From the NCBI GenBank assembly GCA_038061865.1, contig JBBTYI010000005.1, forward strand, positions 1 through 60,030: a stretch of DNA of 60,030 nt, written 5' to 3'. This DNA comes from Patescibacteria group bacterium. Lineage in GTDB: Bacteria > Patescibacteriota > Minisyncoccia > 2-02-FULL-40-12 > IGHO2-01-FULL-4-A. The notes beneath the pieces are model-generated. The model did no database searches. It saw only the letters and a list, made by a program, of their open reading frames with translations, and was not told the DNA's origin. A program made the position numbers and the translations under genes. Positions 51,127 through 60,030 of the stretch are shown one piece after another. Numbering within the stretch: the first letter of the stretch is position 1; every line of letters begins with the position of its first letter.

Positions 51127-53016
51127 TTATTTCGTGAAATACCATGCCAGGAAATCATGAGCAATCCGCACCGCCAGTCCTTGGCTTTGCACATTTTCCA
51201 CCAACACCGTCAGAGCAATCTGGGGATCATCGTATGGGCCATAGACTGTAAACAGCGAGTTCAGGCCGCGGCCGGTTATTTGGGCCGTACCGGTTTTAGC
51301 CGCTACCGGCACGGGCAAGTCGTTTAAGAGCATGGCGGTGCCGGCGGTGACTGTTTGGCGCATGCCCGCTTTGACCGCAGCCATGGTTTGACTGTCAAAA
51401 GGCAAAATTGCCAAAGTTTCCGGTTCTCTTTCGTAAATTATTTGGCCGTTTGGGTTTTTGACGGCTTTAACCAGTTGCGGGCGCAGCAGGCGGCCGCCGT
51501 TGGCAATGGCGCTGATGTAACCGTTGAGCCAGAGCGGAGTTACCGACAAGTCACCTTGGCCGATGGAAATATTGTAAGTGTCCCCAATGAACCAAGGCTC
51601 GCCCTTGAAATCTTTTTTCCATTTCTCGGTTGGCACAAAACCGCTGACCTCGCCCGGCAAATCTATACCCAGCGTTTGGTCGGCCCAAAACGCTTTCAGG
51701 TATTCCACAATTTTGCCGGCCCCCAAACCGCGGATATTGCCCCAACCGCCGCCCAAAGCGTAAAAGTAAACATCCACCGAATCGGCGATCGCTTTTTTTA
51801 AATCGGTGACGCCGTGGACTTTCCAGTCATTAAAAGTATAGAAAACATCCGGGTCGTAGATACTTCGCACCGTAATACTGCCGGTGGCGTTAACTTTGGT
51901 CTGGGAAGTAATTATACCTTCTTTCAGTCCGGCCAACGCCAGAAGCGGCTTAATGGTGGAACCGGGGCTATAACGGCCGCTGACGACGCGATTGAAAAGC
52001 GGTTTATTCCGGTCGTTAAGGATCTTGCCGATTTTTTCGGTGTTAGCCGGGTCGGAAGAGTTTTCAAAAACATTCGGGTCAAAAGACGGAAAACTGACCA
52101 AGGCCAAAATTTGTCCAGTCTTCGGGTTTTGGACCACGGCCGCGCCCCGTTTCAGCCCCGAGGAAGCCAGGATGTTGCCCATTACCCGGTAAAGCTGACT
52201 TTGGATTTGGGCGTCAATATTCAGGAATAAGTCATGGCCGGCCGTCCCGGCGCCGATATTGCCAATATCGGCAGAAAATTGATCTTGCCCTAAAATGATA
52301 TTCCTGTGCTCGCCGCGCAGTTCTTTTTCATAATATTGTTCTAAACCCAGTCGGCCGACCCGGTCGGTTAACAGATAATAATCATCGGCGGCCAGATCTG
52401 CCGGGCTGACTTTGGCGGTATAGCCGAGCACCGGCGCCAGTACATTACTGTTCGGATAATAGCGTCGGGCGTTAGCGACCACGTAGACGCCCTTGAGCGC
52501 CAGCGCCTGGAGTTTGGCGACGGCTTCTTTACCAATGCCGTTTTTGATGCTGAATAAAGCCGAATTTTCGTTATCCTTGAAAGTTTTAGTTAAAAGTTCA
52601 TTTGGGTAGTCAATAACCGGGGCGATAGCATCAATCAGCGCCGCCGTTTCAGCGTCGCTTCTCGGCAAATCCGAGTAGAGCGCCACCAAATCAAAAACCG
52701 GAATATTTTCCACCAGCGCTTGGCCCCCGGCGTCAAAAATTATTCCTCGGAAGGCCGGTCCGAGATAACGGTAAGCACCGCTGCGTTGGGCCACTAAGCG
52801 ATAATGTCCGCCGTCTATAATTTGGAGCTGCAGTGATTTAAAAACCAAGAGTATGGCCAAGGCGGCAATGACCAAATAAAAAACGCGAAAAACCCCGCGC
52901 TCGATCGGCGCTTCCATTATTTGGTGCTCACTTAAAACGTCGGCCAGTGTTTCTTCAGGGTGAAGGTCGGCGTTTTCAGAACGTTTGATGTGGTATTTTT
53001 CGGGAATCATTGACAA
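51127..53016 (-). CDS. mrdA: penicillin-binding protein 2 (elongasome transpeptidase)
   Basis: A TM anchor and a PBP dimerisation region, then SPGSTIKP (SxxK), ...SIGQG.. (SxN-like) and KTGTA (KTG). The gene follows mreD. Confidence 0.9.
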   Translation of the reverse strand: MSMIPEKYHIKRSENADLHPEETLADVLSEHQIMEAPIERGVFRVFYLVIAALAILLVFKSLQLQIIDGGHYRLVAQRSGAYRYLGPAFRGIIFDAGGQALVENIPVFDLVALYSDLPRSDAETAALIDAIAPVIDYPNELLTKTFKDNENSALFSIKNGIGKEAVAKLQALALKGVYVVANARRYYPNSNVLAPVLGYTAKVSPADLAADDYYLLTDRVGRLGLEQYYEKELRGEHRNIILGQDQFSADIGNIGAGTAGHDLFLNIDAQIQSQLYRVMGNILASSGLKRGAAVVQNPKTGQILALVSFPSFDPNVFENSSDPANTEKIGKILNDRNKPLFNRVVSGRYSPGSTIKPLLALAGLKEGIITSQTKVNATGSITVRSIYDPDVFYTFNDWKVHGVTDLKKAIADSVDVYFYALGGGWGNIRGLGAGKIVEYLKAFWADQTLGIDLPGEVSGFVPTEKWKKDFKGEPWFIGDTYNISIGQGDLSVTPLWLNGYISAIANGGRLLRPQLVKAVKNPNGQIIYEREPETLAILPFDSQTMAAVKAGMRQTVTAGTAMLLNDLPVPVAAKTGTAQITGRGLNSLFTVYGPYDDPQIALTVLVENVQSQGLAVRIAHDFLAWYFTK

Positions 53017-53440
53017 AAGTGAATATGAACAAGATGATTAGACACTGTAAAAACCAGAAAGGCAATTGAAACCAAAGTTCTCCGGCCGAGAATTTGAATG
53101 AAAGTAGGATCAGATATTCGGCGCTGAACAATACCGAAAAAATCAGTAAAGACAAAAAAGATGACGGATTGATCACCAATACTTTTTTGGCCAGGAAAAT
53201 TGAAAAGATTAGAACCAGCAGTACCAAAGTCAATCGGCCGAATTCGTAGCCGGAGAAAAAATCAAAAACCAGGCCAGTCGAAGCCAAACGGCCGGCGGTT
53301 TGGTTTAAATCCCGGCTTTTTAAGAGCAAAATCACGGCAAAAACGGGAAATAAAAAAATCGGCCAGATTACAATAAACGGCAAAAGCCGCTCAAGAACAA
53401 AAATTACGGCTGCCGAAGTTAAAAAAACCGGAAAGCTCAT
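52976..53440 (-). CDS. mreD: rod-shape protein MreD-like membrane protein
   Basis: 154 aa with about 5 TM segments, positioned between mreC and PBP2. The assignment rests on context and topology. Confidence 0.65.
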   Translation of the reverse strand: MSFPVFLTSAAVIFVLERLLPFIVIWPIFLFPVFAVILLLKSRDLNQTAGRLASTGLVFDFFSGYEFGRLTLVLLVLIFSIFLAKKVLVINPSSFLSLLIFSVLFSAEYLILLSFKFSAGELWFQLPFWFLQCLIILFIFTFVNDSRKIPHQTF

Positions 53441-53456
53441 TGTTTAATTTTGCAGC

Positions 53457-53489
53457 ATTCGCATGCGCTATTTGTAAGCGTATGTAGCC
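53457..53489. repeat. 33-nt 3'-flank motif copy B, abutting the mreC stop codon
   Basis: attcgcatgcgctatttgtaagcgtatgta matches 23247-23279. The last 17 nt of mreC itself (53490-53507, gctattcgttaagcgtat) is a third, degenerate copy of the core. Confidence 0.7.
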
Positions 53490-53490
53490 G

Positions 53491-54294
53491 CTATTCGTTA
53501 AGCGTATCCACCACAAAAAGCTCCGGGTGGTTGAAGGGCTCAAAAAACAGCTTAACTTCAACCGCTTTAAATAAGTTGCCGCCGCTTAACTCGGCTCGGT
53601 TGACGCGGCCAATCAGCAGTCCCTCGGGCAGGTTGTCAAAACCACTGGTAGTAACCAAGTCGTCAACGGCCAAATTTTCCTGATTGGTGATCAAATCAAG
53701 CGAGACCTCGCCGAGCCGACCGGCGGCACCTCTGGCGCCGCCCACGATATTTTTACCAAGCACCCGGACACTGACCAGGGAGCGGGGGTCGTCAAGCAAG
53801 ATAACCCGGGCAGAATTATCAAAAACCTCTTTGACCACTCCCGCCAAGACATTGCCGCCGCTGATGATGGCCATTGATTTTTTAATGCCGTCTTTGGCGC
53901 CTTTATTGACCAAAATCGCCGAGGCTGCGCCGTTGTGAGTAAGATTAATAATCTTGATGAGCACTAGACGCCGTTCGTTTTCTGGCTGGATGTTCAGTTG
54001 TTCCCGCAAAAGGTCGTTGGTTTTTTCCAACTTGCTTAAATTAGTTAATTTTCCCAAAAGCCCGGCGTTTTCGTCTTTAAGCCGCCGGTTCTCGCCCAGA
54101 ATATTCTTGAGGTCAAAAACGCCGCGCCCGTAGCCGCTGGCTTTTGCGAATTGCCGGCTGAAAAAAATTCCTGGCTCCCGCAGAATTTGGTAAACCAGAT
54201 TAGAAATTGAGTTGTCAGAGAAGCGATTGACTCCGATTAATGCCAAAACTAGCCCCAAGATTATGAAATACTTTTTGTAAAACCCGGCAGTCAA
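53491..54294 (-). CDS. mreC: rod-shape protein MreC
   Basis: A TM anchor and a coiled coil (ENRRLKDENAGLLGKL), then beta domains with ...VVTSGFDNLPEGLLIG.V. The track predicts a TTG start. Confidence 0.85.
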   Translation of the reverse strand: MTAGFYKKYFIILGLVLALIGVNRFSDNSISNLVYQILREPGIFFSRQFAKASGYGRGVFDLKNILGENRRLKDENAGLLGKLTNLSKLEKTNDLLREQLNIQPENERRLVLIKIINLTHNGAASAILVNKGAKDGIKKSMAIISGGNVLAGVVKEVFDNSARVILLDDPRSLVSVRVLGKNIVGGARGAAGRLGEVSLDLITNQENLAVDDLVTTSGFDNLPEGLLIGRVNRAELSGGNLFKAVEVKLFFEPFNHPELFVVDTLNE

Positions 54295-54324
54295 AATTAG
54301 AAATTAACGATTAGTAATTTTTAA
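54295..54324. repeat. phased heptamer TAAT-type array filling the mreB-mreC spacer
   Basis: The reverse strand reads ttaatta|aaaatta|ctaatcg|ttaattt|ctaattt, followed by the TTG start. Confidence 0.6.
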
Positions 54325-55374
54325 TTAAATGTATGCCTCCTTCGGAGTCCAGACCAAAACCGATTTGAGAGAATCAATATGCTCCAAGACTAGGCCGCAG
54401 CCGCGCACCACCGAGGTCATTGGGTCATCTACGATCTTTACCGGCAGTTTGGTCTCGTGGCTGATAAGTTCGTCCAGGCCGCGCAATAAACTGCCGCCGC
54501 CGGTAATGAAAATACTGCGGTTGAGCAGGTCGGCGATTAGCTCCGGCGGCGTTTCCTCAATGGTACTGCGGATGGCGATAATGATGCTGCGGATTGAACG
54601 CTGGCCGGCTTTGCGAATCTCTTCCGAGTGGATGTTGATCTCTTTGGGCAAACCGGTCAGCAAATCCCGGCCACGGATGGGCATGGATAATTCTTCGGCC
54701 AAAGGATAAGCCGAGCCGATAGCTAGTTTAATGTTCTCGGCGGTGGCCTCGCCGATCAACATATTATGCTCTTCGCGGATATAACGGCTGATATCTTCGG
54801 TCAATTTGTCGCCGGCAATCCGGAGGGAGCGCGAAGCCACCACTCCGCCCATGGAAATCACCGCCACGTCGGTGGTGCCGCCCCCGATATCAACAATCAA
54901 ATTGGCGGCCGCTTCCTGAATCGGCAAACGGGCGCCGACGGCGGCGGCCATTGGTTCTTCAATCAGATACACCGCGCGGGCGCCGGCATTGTAAGCGGCG
55001 TCTTCCACCGCCCGCTTTTCCACTTCGGTCACACCGGCCGGGATGCCGATCACCACCCGCGGGCGGGGAATAATAGAAAAAGTTTTTTCGTGGGCTCGGT
55101 CAATGAAGTAACGAAGCATTTGCTCGGTAATTTCAAAGTCCGAGACCACGCCGGCCACCAGCGGCCGCGAGACGACGATGTAACCGGGCGTGCGGCCAAC
55201 CATTTTGCGGGCTTCATGGCCGATGGCCAGAATCTGCCCGGTTTTCTGGTTGACGGCCACGATTGACGGCTCGTTGATGATGATGCCTTTGCCCCGCACA
55301 TAAACCAAAGTGTTGGCCGTGCCTAAATCAATACCGATATCTTTGGACCAAAAATTGAAGAGGTTCCCCAACAT
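54325..55374 (-). CDS. mreB: actin-like rod-shape protein MreB (paralog 2, in the mreBCD-mrdA operon)
   Basis: IGIDLGTANTLVYVRGKGIIINEPSIVAV...VDIGGGTTDVAVISMGG. Confidence 0.95.
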   Translation of the reverse strand: MLGNLFNFWSKDIGIDLGTANTLVYVRGKGIIINEPSIVAVNQKTGQILAIGHEARKMVGRTPGYIVVSRPLVAGVVSDFEITEQMLRYFIDRAHEKTFSIIPRPRVVIGIPAGVTEVEKRAVEDAAYNAGARAVYLIEEPMAAAVGARLPIQEAAANLIVDIGGGTTDVAVISMGGVVASRSLRIAGDKLTEDISRYIREEHNMLIGEATAENIKLAIGSAYPLAEELSMPIRGRDLLTGLPKEINIHSEEIRKAGQRSIRSIIIAIRSTIEETPPELIADLLNRSIFITGGGSLLRGLDELISHETKLPVKIVDDPMTSVVRGCGLVLEHIDSLKSVLVWTPKEAYI

Positions 55375-55383
55375 ACGGGGGAA

Positions 55384-56652
55384 TTATAGCAGGAAAGAGG
55401 ACAGTTGAGTCAACTGGACAATTTTTGTTTCGCTCGCCGCGCGCCTTTTTACTTCCGCACCGCCCGCAGCCAGCGATTTTTTACTGACTACGATTCTTAT
55501 CGGACAGCCGATTAAATCGGCGTCGGCAAATTTTTCGCCCGCCGACGCTTCTCGTTGAAAAGCTTTGGCGGACAAGTCTGCTCCATTACGATCGTCATAT
55601 AGGACTTCTATGTCTTGGCCAATCAGGTCTTTGTAGATTTTTTCCGCTTCGGTTTTGCCACCTTCAAGAGCGATCAAGTGAACTTTGAATGGCGCGATGT
55701 TTTCCGGCCAGATGATGCCGTTTTCATCATGATGGATTTCTACCGCCGTGGCCATGACTCTGCCCAGACCAATGCCGTATGAGCCCATCACCACCAGTTT
55801 TTTATTGCCCGTTGCGTCGGTGTAATAAAGACCGAAGGCCTCGGAATATTTTGTGCCGAGCGGGAAAATATTGCCGACTTCAATGGCTTTTCGCTCCTCG
55901 ATCTTTCCGCCGCACTGGGAACACTGGCCGCTGTTTTTGAGTTTGGAGATTTCGGCGTTTTCGGCATAGTCGCATTTAGCGCAAACAAAAATCGTATCTT
56001 CGCCTACCGGCGCGATCACTTGAAATTCATGAGTGTTGCTAGCGGTGAACGCCCCGCCGGCCGCCAGCGTGTAAATCGTCTTCAACCCGCAGCGATGGAA
56101 AATTTTGTGGTAAGCACCCTTGACTGCTTCGTAGTAACGGTCAAGGTCGGCTTGGTCGGCGTGGAAACTGTATAAATCTTTCATCATAAACTCCCGCCCG
56201 CGCAGGAGACCCGATTTGGCGCGCGGCTCATTGCGGAATTTGTTCTGGATTTGGTAAGCGGCAAAGGGCAGGTCTTGGTAAGAACTGACGAATCTGGCGG
56301 CAATTTCGGTCAGAATTTCCTCGTGCGTCCAACCGAGAACAAAATTAGCTTTTTCATCGGTTTTACCTCTCACCTCAAAACCAATCGGCACATCCCAGCG
56401 GCCGGTGGCGTCCAGATATTTTTTTTCAACCATTGCCGGCATAAACATTTCTTGCCCGCCGATGGCGTTCATTTCCTCGCGGATGATGGTGGCGATTTTT
56501 TGCAATACCTGCCAGCCCAAGGGCAGATAAGAATAAATGCCGGCCGAATTTTTGTAAACAAAACCGCCGCGTTCCAACAGCTGGGCATTAACGCTGGTTT
56601 CACCGGCCGGATTTTCCCGGGCGGTTCTGGTAAATATTTGTGAAAGGCGCAT
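55384..56652 (-). CDS. proS: proline--tRNA ligase, bacterial-type but lacking the INS editing domain (a CxxC..CxxC insert takes its place)
   Basis: The N-terminus is MRLSQIFTRTARENPAGETSVNAQLLERGGF. Three further features follow: the ...FRNEPRAKSGLLRGREFMMKD motif, the short segment VCAKCDYAENAEISKLKNSGQCSQCGG where INS normally sits, and then GNIFPLGTKYSE. It is 422 aa. Confidence 0.9.
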   Translation of the reverse strand: MRLSQIFTRTARENPAGETSVNAQLLERGGFVYKNSAGIYSYLPLGWQVLQKIATIIREEMNAIGGQEMFMPAMVEKKYLDATGRWDVPIGFEVRGKTDEKANFVLGWTHEEILTEIAARFVSSYQDLPFAAYQIQNKFRNEPRAKSGLLRGREFMMKDLYSFHADQADLDRYYEAVKGAYHKIFHRCGLKTIYTLAAGGAFTASNTHEFQVIAPVGEDTIFVCAKCDYAENAEISKLKNSGQCSQCGGKIEERKAIEVGNIFPLGTKYSEAFGLYYTDATGNKKLVVMGSYGIGLGRVMATAVEIHHDENGIIWPENIAPFKVHLIALEGGKTEAEKIYKDLIGQDIEVLYDDRNGADLSAKAFQREASAGEKFADADLIGCPIRIVVSKKSLAAGGAEVKRRAASETKIVQLTQLSSFLL

Positions 56653-56697
56653 AAGTTAAATGATAGCAAACGGTAAAAATAAAAAAAGCCCGCCTAA

Positions 56698-56901
56698 CTA
56701 GGCGGTCTGGGTCGGACAGTGGAGGTGTTTGTAGACGAACCCATCCGGCTTTTCCCGGCAAAGCCAGATTTCCCCGGACCGGCAGCCGCCGCCGCAACTG
56801 GCACAAACTTCGTGCCCAGCGGTAACAAAGCCCAGCCAACTCTGAACTAATGGTCTCTGCCGCCCGAAAATACTTTCATACGTATCGTGCAAATCCGGCA
56901 T
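56698..56901 (-). CDS. small Cys-rich hypothetical protein
   Basis: 67 aa with C-x2-C-x3-C...C...C (EVCASCGGGCRSGEIWLC...HLHC). A hairpin plus T7 terminator overlaps its stop codon (56684-56710). Confidence 0.45.
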   Translation of the reverse strand: MPDLHDTYESIFGRQRPLVQSWLGFVTAGHEVCASCGGGCRSGEIWLCREKPDGFVYKHLHCPTQTA

Positions 56902-56911
56902 AATTTCCTTC

Positions 56912-58012
56912 TCAAAAGAACTTAATTATGTCTCTGGTGGTCACGAAGACCATCAGGAGTATCAAGAGGGCGAAGCCGACAGCGTTGACTGCTACCTCCA
57001 CCCTCTTGGGCGCGGGACGTCCAATCACCGCTTCAATTATTATAAACAATAGCCGGCCGCCGTCAAGGGCGGGAAAGGGAATAATATTGAGAATTGCCAG
57101 ATTTATGGAAATCAGGGCAACCAGTTGGATTAAATAAGCAAATCCGGTCCGGGCCGCCTGGCCGGTAATGACGGCAATGCCAATCGGTCCGGACAGTTCC
57201 ATTCCAGCTTGACCGGTGGTGAAAAGATTACCAATTATTCGGCCGTAGCCGAACGCTGTCTCGCGGGTAATAAAGTAAGTGTCCTGAATGCCCCGGTAAA
57301 CCGCCTGATGCCACGGATATTTAATCACACCGGTCAGCGCCAGCGATATTCCCAGCGCGCCCTCGCCCGGCGGCGGATCAGTTCTGGGAATTACTTTTAA
57401 CTCCTCAATTTTTGAACCCCGCTGTATTTTCAGTTCTATTTCCCGGCCTTTATTGGCCTTAATAATTGATTGGATTTCGGCAATATCGGCAATAATCCGG
57501 TTTTGCCCATCAATGGTTATTTCCTTGACTTCATCCAGTATCCGCAAACCGGCCATCTGGGCCGGGCTGTTTTCGGCCACTTGAATTATCTGAACTTTTA
57601 GGTTACGGGCGCGGTCGGCAATATCGGAATTAATACCCACCCGCAGACCAACGCCGTTGCCAATTATTAAAAGCGCCGCCGCCAACAACAGATTCATCAC
57701 CACGCCGGCGACAATCACGACGGCCCGAACGCCGGTTGATTTTGAGGCAAAGCTCCGCGGATTGTCTTTCCCTGAACCGTCTTCGCCTAAAATCTTCACA
57801 AACCCGCCGAAAGGTATCCAGTTTATTGAATAGGTCGTTTCCCCTTTTTTGATTCCAAAAATGCGCGGCGGAAAACCAAAACCGAATTCTTCCACTTTCA
57901 TCCCCGCCCGCTTGGCCATCCAAAAATGCCCCAGCTCGTGGATGAAAATCAGCACTCCGATAACGATGATAAAAATTAAAAAAGTAAGCATCTGTTCAAA
58001 TAATCTTAGCAA
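56912..58012 (-). CDS. rseP: RIP site-2 metalloprotease RseP (M50, PDZ)
   Basis: It has HELGHFWMAKRAGMKV (HExxH), a PDZ segment (AQMAGLRILDEV), and the C-terminal NLAILNIIPFPALDGG. Confidence 0.9.
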   Translation of the reverse strand: MLRLFEQMLTFLIFIIVIGVLIFIHELGHFWMAKRAGMKVEEFGFGFPPRIFGIKKGETTYSINWIPFGGFVKILGEDGSGKDNPRSFASKSTGVRAVVIVAGVVMNLLLAAALLIIGNGVGLRVGINSDIADRARNLKVQIIQVAENSPAQMAGLRILDEVKEITIDGQNRIIADIAEIQSIIKANKGREIELKIQRGSKIEELKVIPRTDPPPGEGALGISLALTGVIKYPWHQAVYRGIQDTYFITRETAFGYGRIIGNLFTTGQAGMELSGPIGIAVITGQAARTGFAYLIQLVALISINLAILNIIPFPALDGGRLLFIIIEAVIGRPAPKRVEVAVNAVGFALLILLMVFVTTRDIIKFF

Positions 58013-58040
58013 GCTTGGCTGACCTTGGTAAAGTTTCTCT

Positions 58041-58081
58041 AAAAATAAAAGCCGGTTTCAGTGCAGAAAGTGAACCGGCTT
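58041..58081 (-). terminator. intrinsic terminator overlapping the stop of the 69-aa ORF
   Basis: The reverse strand reads aagccggtt (15-nt loop) aaccggctt, followed by ttatttttag. Confidence 0.6.
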
Positions 58082-58267
58082 CTCCTTCCTCTCGCCCTCG
58101 CCGGCCGGCAGTTCCGGAAGTTTTGCTTTGTTGACACAAACTTCCAGATTTACCTCGCTGTGCTCGGCAAACCAGAATGCCAGCGCCCGGGCAGTGAGCC
58201 CGATATCTTGGTCACAAAGTTCATAGAGCCGCAAAACCGCTTTAACTAAAATTTCCAGATCTTTCAT
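58058..58267 (-). CDS. hypothetical small protein
   Basis: 69-aa ORF followed by a terminator. I recognise no motif. Confidence 0.45.
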   Translation of the reverse strand: MKDLEILVKAVLRLYELCDQDIGLTARALAFWFAEHSEVNLEVCVNKAKLPELPAGEGERKEKPVHFLH

Positions 58268-58370
58268 CTCCCCCTCCTTTAAACTTTTATAGAAGCGAAA
58301 ACAACTACTTTATTTTCCCGCCGCCGGTAATCCTTGGCAAACGGGATATCCACTTTATCGAGAAGTTATA

Positions 58371-59132
58371 TTACTGGGCTAGCCAGCCGCCATCAACGAA
58401 CAAAGTCGCCCCGGTGACGTAACTAGCTTCTTCCGAGGCCAAAAAAACTACTGCCGCTGAAATTTCCTCCGGCCGGCCCATCCGTTTAAGCGGCACTGCT
58501 GCCAGCAGGCCGGCCATAGCTTCTTTGGACATTCCCGCCGCGGCTATCATCGGCGTATCAATCGCACCGGGACCGATAACATTAACAGTAATGCCCAAGG
58601 GCGCGAACTCCACGGCCAATGTTTCACTCATGCCGGTGATGCCGCCCTTGGAAGCGGTGTAATGGGCGCCGCCGGCAATGCCGACGCCGACCTGCCCGGA
58701 AGCGACCGAAGCAATGTTGATTATCCGCCCCCAGTTGTTTTTGCCCATTTCTTTGGCCGCCCGCTGGGCGCAAAAAAACTGACCCTTTAGATTTATGTCA
58801 ATCATTTTGTCCCACTCTTCTTCGGTCAGCTCCAGTGCCGGTTTGGCAAAGTAAATGCCGGCATTGTTGACCAAAATGTCCAGCCGGCCGAACTGTTGAA
58901 TTACTGCGTCAAAAACTTGCTCCACTTCGGTTTTATTGGAAACATCTAATTTAAACGCCGCCGCTTCCCTGCCTCCGGATTTAATTTCCTCTACCACTTG
59001 CTGACATTCTTCCAGATCAATGTCAGTCACCGCCACTTTGGCGCCTTGTTTGGCCAAAGCTAGAGCGTGGGCTTTGCCCATCCCCCGCCGCGCGCCGGTT
59101 ACTAACGCGATTTTACTTGTTAATTCAAACAT
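58371..59132 (-). CDS. short-chain dehydrogenase/reductase (FabG / glucose-1-dehydrogenase-like)
   Basis: VTGARRGMGKA (TGxxxGxG), NNAG, and the catalytic YTASKGG (YxxxK). Confidence 0.9.
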   Translation of the reverse strand: MFELTSKIALVTGARRGMGKAHALALAKQGAKVAVTDIDLEECQQVVEEIKSGGREAAAFKLDVSNKTEVEQVFDAVIQQFGRLDILVNNAGIYFAKPALELTEEEWDKMIDINLKGQFFCAQRAAKEMGKNNWGRIINIASVASGQVGVGIAGGAHYTASKGGITGMSETLAVEFAPLGITVNVIGPGAIDTPMIAAAGMSKEAMAGLLAAVPLKRMGRPEEISAAVVFLASEEASYVTGATLFVDGGWLAQ

Positions 59133-59146
59133 TTTTAGTATGGATA

Positions 59147-59509
59147 TTATTTATTTGATTTCCTAAGCAGATATAATGTCAAGGGCGCTCCCCAATTAGC
59201 CCAGCGTTCAATGAAGTCCCAGACCGGCTCGCCGACAATCGGCCTGACCAGCGCTGTCCAGAATCCCCAAAAGGCCGCCCAAAGCAGAATCCAGTTAATC
59301 GGCCTAACCAGAATTATCAAGGCAATAACTACATCCACTAAACCAACCAACTGCAAAAGCTGGCCGGCCAGCTCCGGACCGGCGTTGGTCAGCTGGCTAA
59401 TCCAGCCGATCCAGGCCGGCTTGCCTTGTAACGCAAATACGCCATGGCCAAGAAATTCGCCGGCCACGGCAACTCGCAAAATCCACTGAATAAGTTTCGA
59501 GTTTTGCAT
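59147..59509 (-). CDS. DoxX-like small membrane protein
   Basis: 120 aa with 4 TM segments. The N-terminal RVAVAGEFLGHG fits the DoxX-like pattern; this is a weak assignment. Confidence 0.5.
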   Translation of the reverse strand: MQNSKLIQWILRVAVAGEFLGHGVFALQGKPAWIGWISQLTNAGPELAGQLLQLVGLVDVVIALIILVRPINWILLWAAFWGFWTALVRPIVGEPVWDFIERWANWGAPLTLYLLRKSNK

Positions 59510-59515
59510 ATTAAT

Positions 59516-59644
59516 TTAATTTTTTGAAATTTGTTTCCAGAGCCAGATGCCGAGCAGGATAAGATCAACAACTACCACGAGCCACGTGATAGAGCCGAAA
59601 ACCGCCCATCCTCCCATCATCCCTCCGTATCCATATCCCATCAT
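59516..59644 (-). CDS. 42-aa Gly/Met-rich single-TM peptide (below the ORF-track cut-off)
   Basis: My manual translation gives MMGYGYGGMMGGWAVFGSITWLVVVVDLILLGIWLWKQISKN. It sits immediately downstream of the metal ATPase gene. Confidence 0.45.
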   Translation of the reverse strand: MMGYGYGGMMGGWAVFGSITWLVVVVDLILLGIWLWKQISKN

Positions 59645-59685
59645 ATAAGGTAATTATACTAAAAAGTTACTAACAATTCAAAAGG

Positions 59686-60030
59686 TTATATCTTTAATCT
59701 CGGCTCGACCCGTTTCAAAAGCACGGCGTTGGTGGCAACGATAATAGACGATGCCGACATTAAAAGCGCCGCAATCTCCGGGCGTAATGACCAGCCCAAT
59801 GAATTATAGAACACGCCGGCGGCAATGGGAATAGCCAAGAGGTTATAAATCGCCGCCCAAAAAAGATTTTGTTTCATCTTAACTACCGTGGCTTTGCTCA
59901 AACGCAGCGCCGCCACAATGTCATAAGGGTCAGACTTCATAAGCACGATATTGCCGGTTTCAATGGCGACGTCGGTGCCGGCGCCGATGGCAATACCGAT
60001 ATCCGCTTGGGCCAGCGCCGGGGCATCATT
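59686..60030 (-). CDS. heavy-metal (CopA-type, P1B) P-type ATPase, C-terminal fragment; the 5' part lies outside the window
   Basis: The reverse translation to the window edge reads [34 protein letters not shown]... This is the hinge motif, followed by the last two TM helices. Confidence 0.85.
   Translation of the reverse strand, partial: NDAPALAQADIGIAIGAGTDVAIETGNIVLMKSDPYDIVAALRLSKATVVKMKQNLFWAAIYNLLAIPIAAGVFYNSLGWSLRPEIAALLMSASSIIVATNAVLLKRVEPRLKI

Overview
This 60-kb window is compact and gene-dense, and almost everything is coded on the minus strand. By inference it comes from a small-genome bacterium, most consistent with a Candidate Phyla Radiation / Patescibacteria (Parcubacteria-like) lineage. 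The basis is several visibly reduced housekeeping proteins: RpoA without an alpha-CTD, a 565-aa AlaRS, a ProRS without the INS domain, and a 355-aa DnaX. The standard genetic code fits all ORFs.

Content:
- Ribosomal and translation genes: rpmA, rplI, and the infA-rpmJ-rpsM-rpsK-rpsD-rpoA-rplQ-rplM-rpsI string.
- Aminoacyl-tRNA synthetases: alaS, serS, lysS, proS.
- Five tRNAs: His, Arg, Pro, Gly, Gln.
- A large envelope-glycosylation locus at 3.1-11 kb, with five GT genes, an LCP protein and an O-antigen-ligase-like protein.
- A second glycosylation block at 41.6-46.3 kb, with GtrA and two GT39-like genes.
- A mreB-mreC-mreD-PBP2 morphogenesis operon, plus a second mreB.
- Peptidoglycan and housekeeping genes: murJ, ftsQ-like, two lytic-transglycosylase-like proteins, rny, hup, gpmI, gmd, mnmA, pcm, greA, rseP, dnaX.
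- The C-terminal end of a P-type metal ATPase.

I found no recognisable defence system, CRISPR array, transposase, integrase or reverse transcriptase.

The unexplained signals are all non-protein or mini-mobile:
1. A 610-nt ORF-free tract after rpmA holds a 23-bp perfect inverted repeat, a terminator/antiterminator-like hairpin pair, and a ~260-nt region closed by 37 nested base pairs. I read the last as a candidate novel structured RNA.
2. A tRNA cluster is bracketed by two different homing-endonuclease-family genes (LAGLIDADG+HTH and GIY-YIG). The GIY-YIG cassette is flanked by a 12-nt duplication of the tRNA-Gly 3' end.
3. Phased 7- or 8-nt CTAAT/ATTAG-type arrays, arranged as inverted array pairs, fill many intergenic spacers. 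Related heptamer arrays are embedded in-frame in GT genes and dnaX.
4. Several repeated palindromic or 3'-flank motifs occur, plus a 31-bp perfect hairpin.

All family assignments come from reading the translations. No searches were run.
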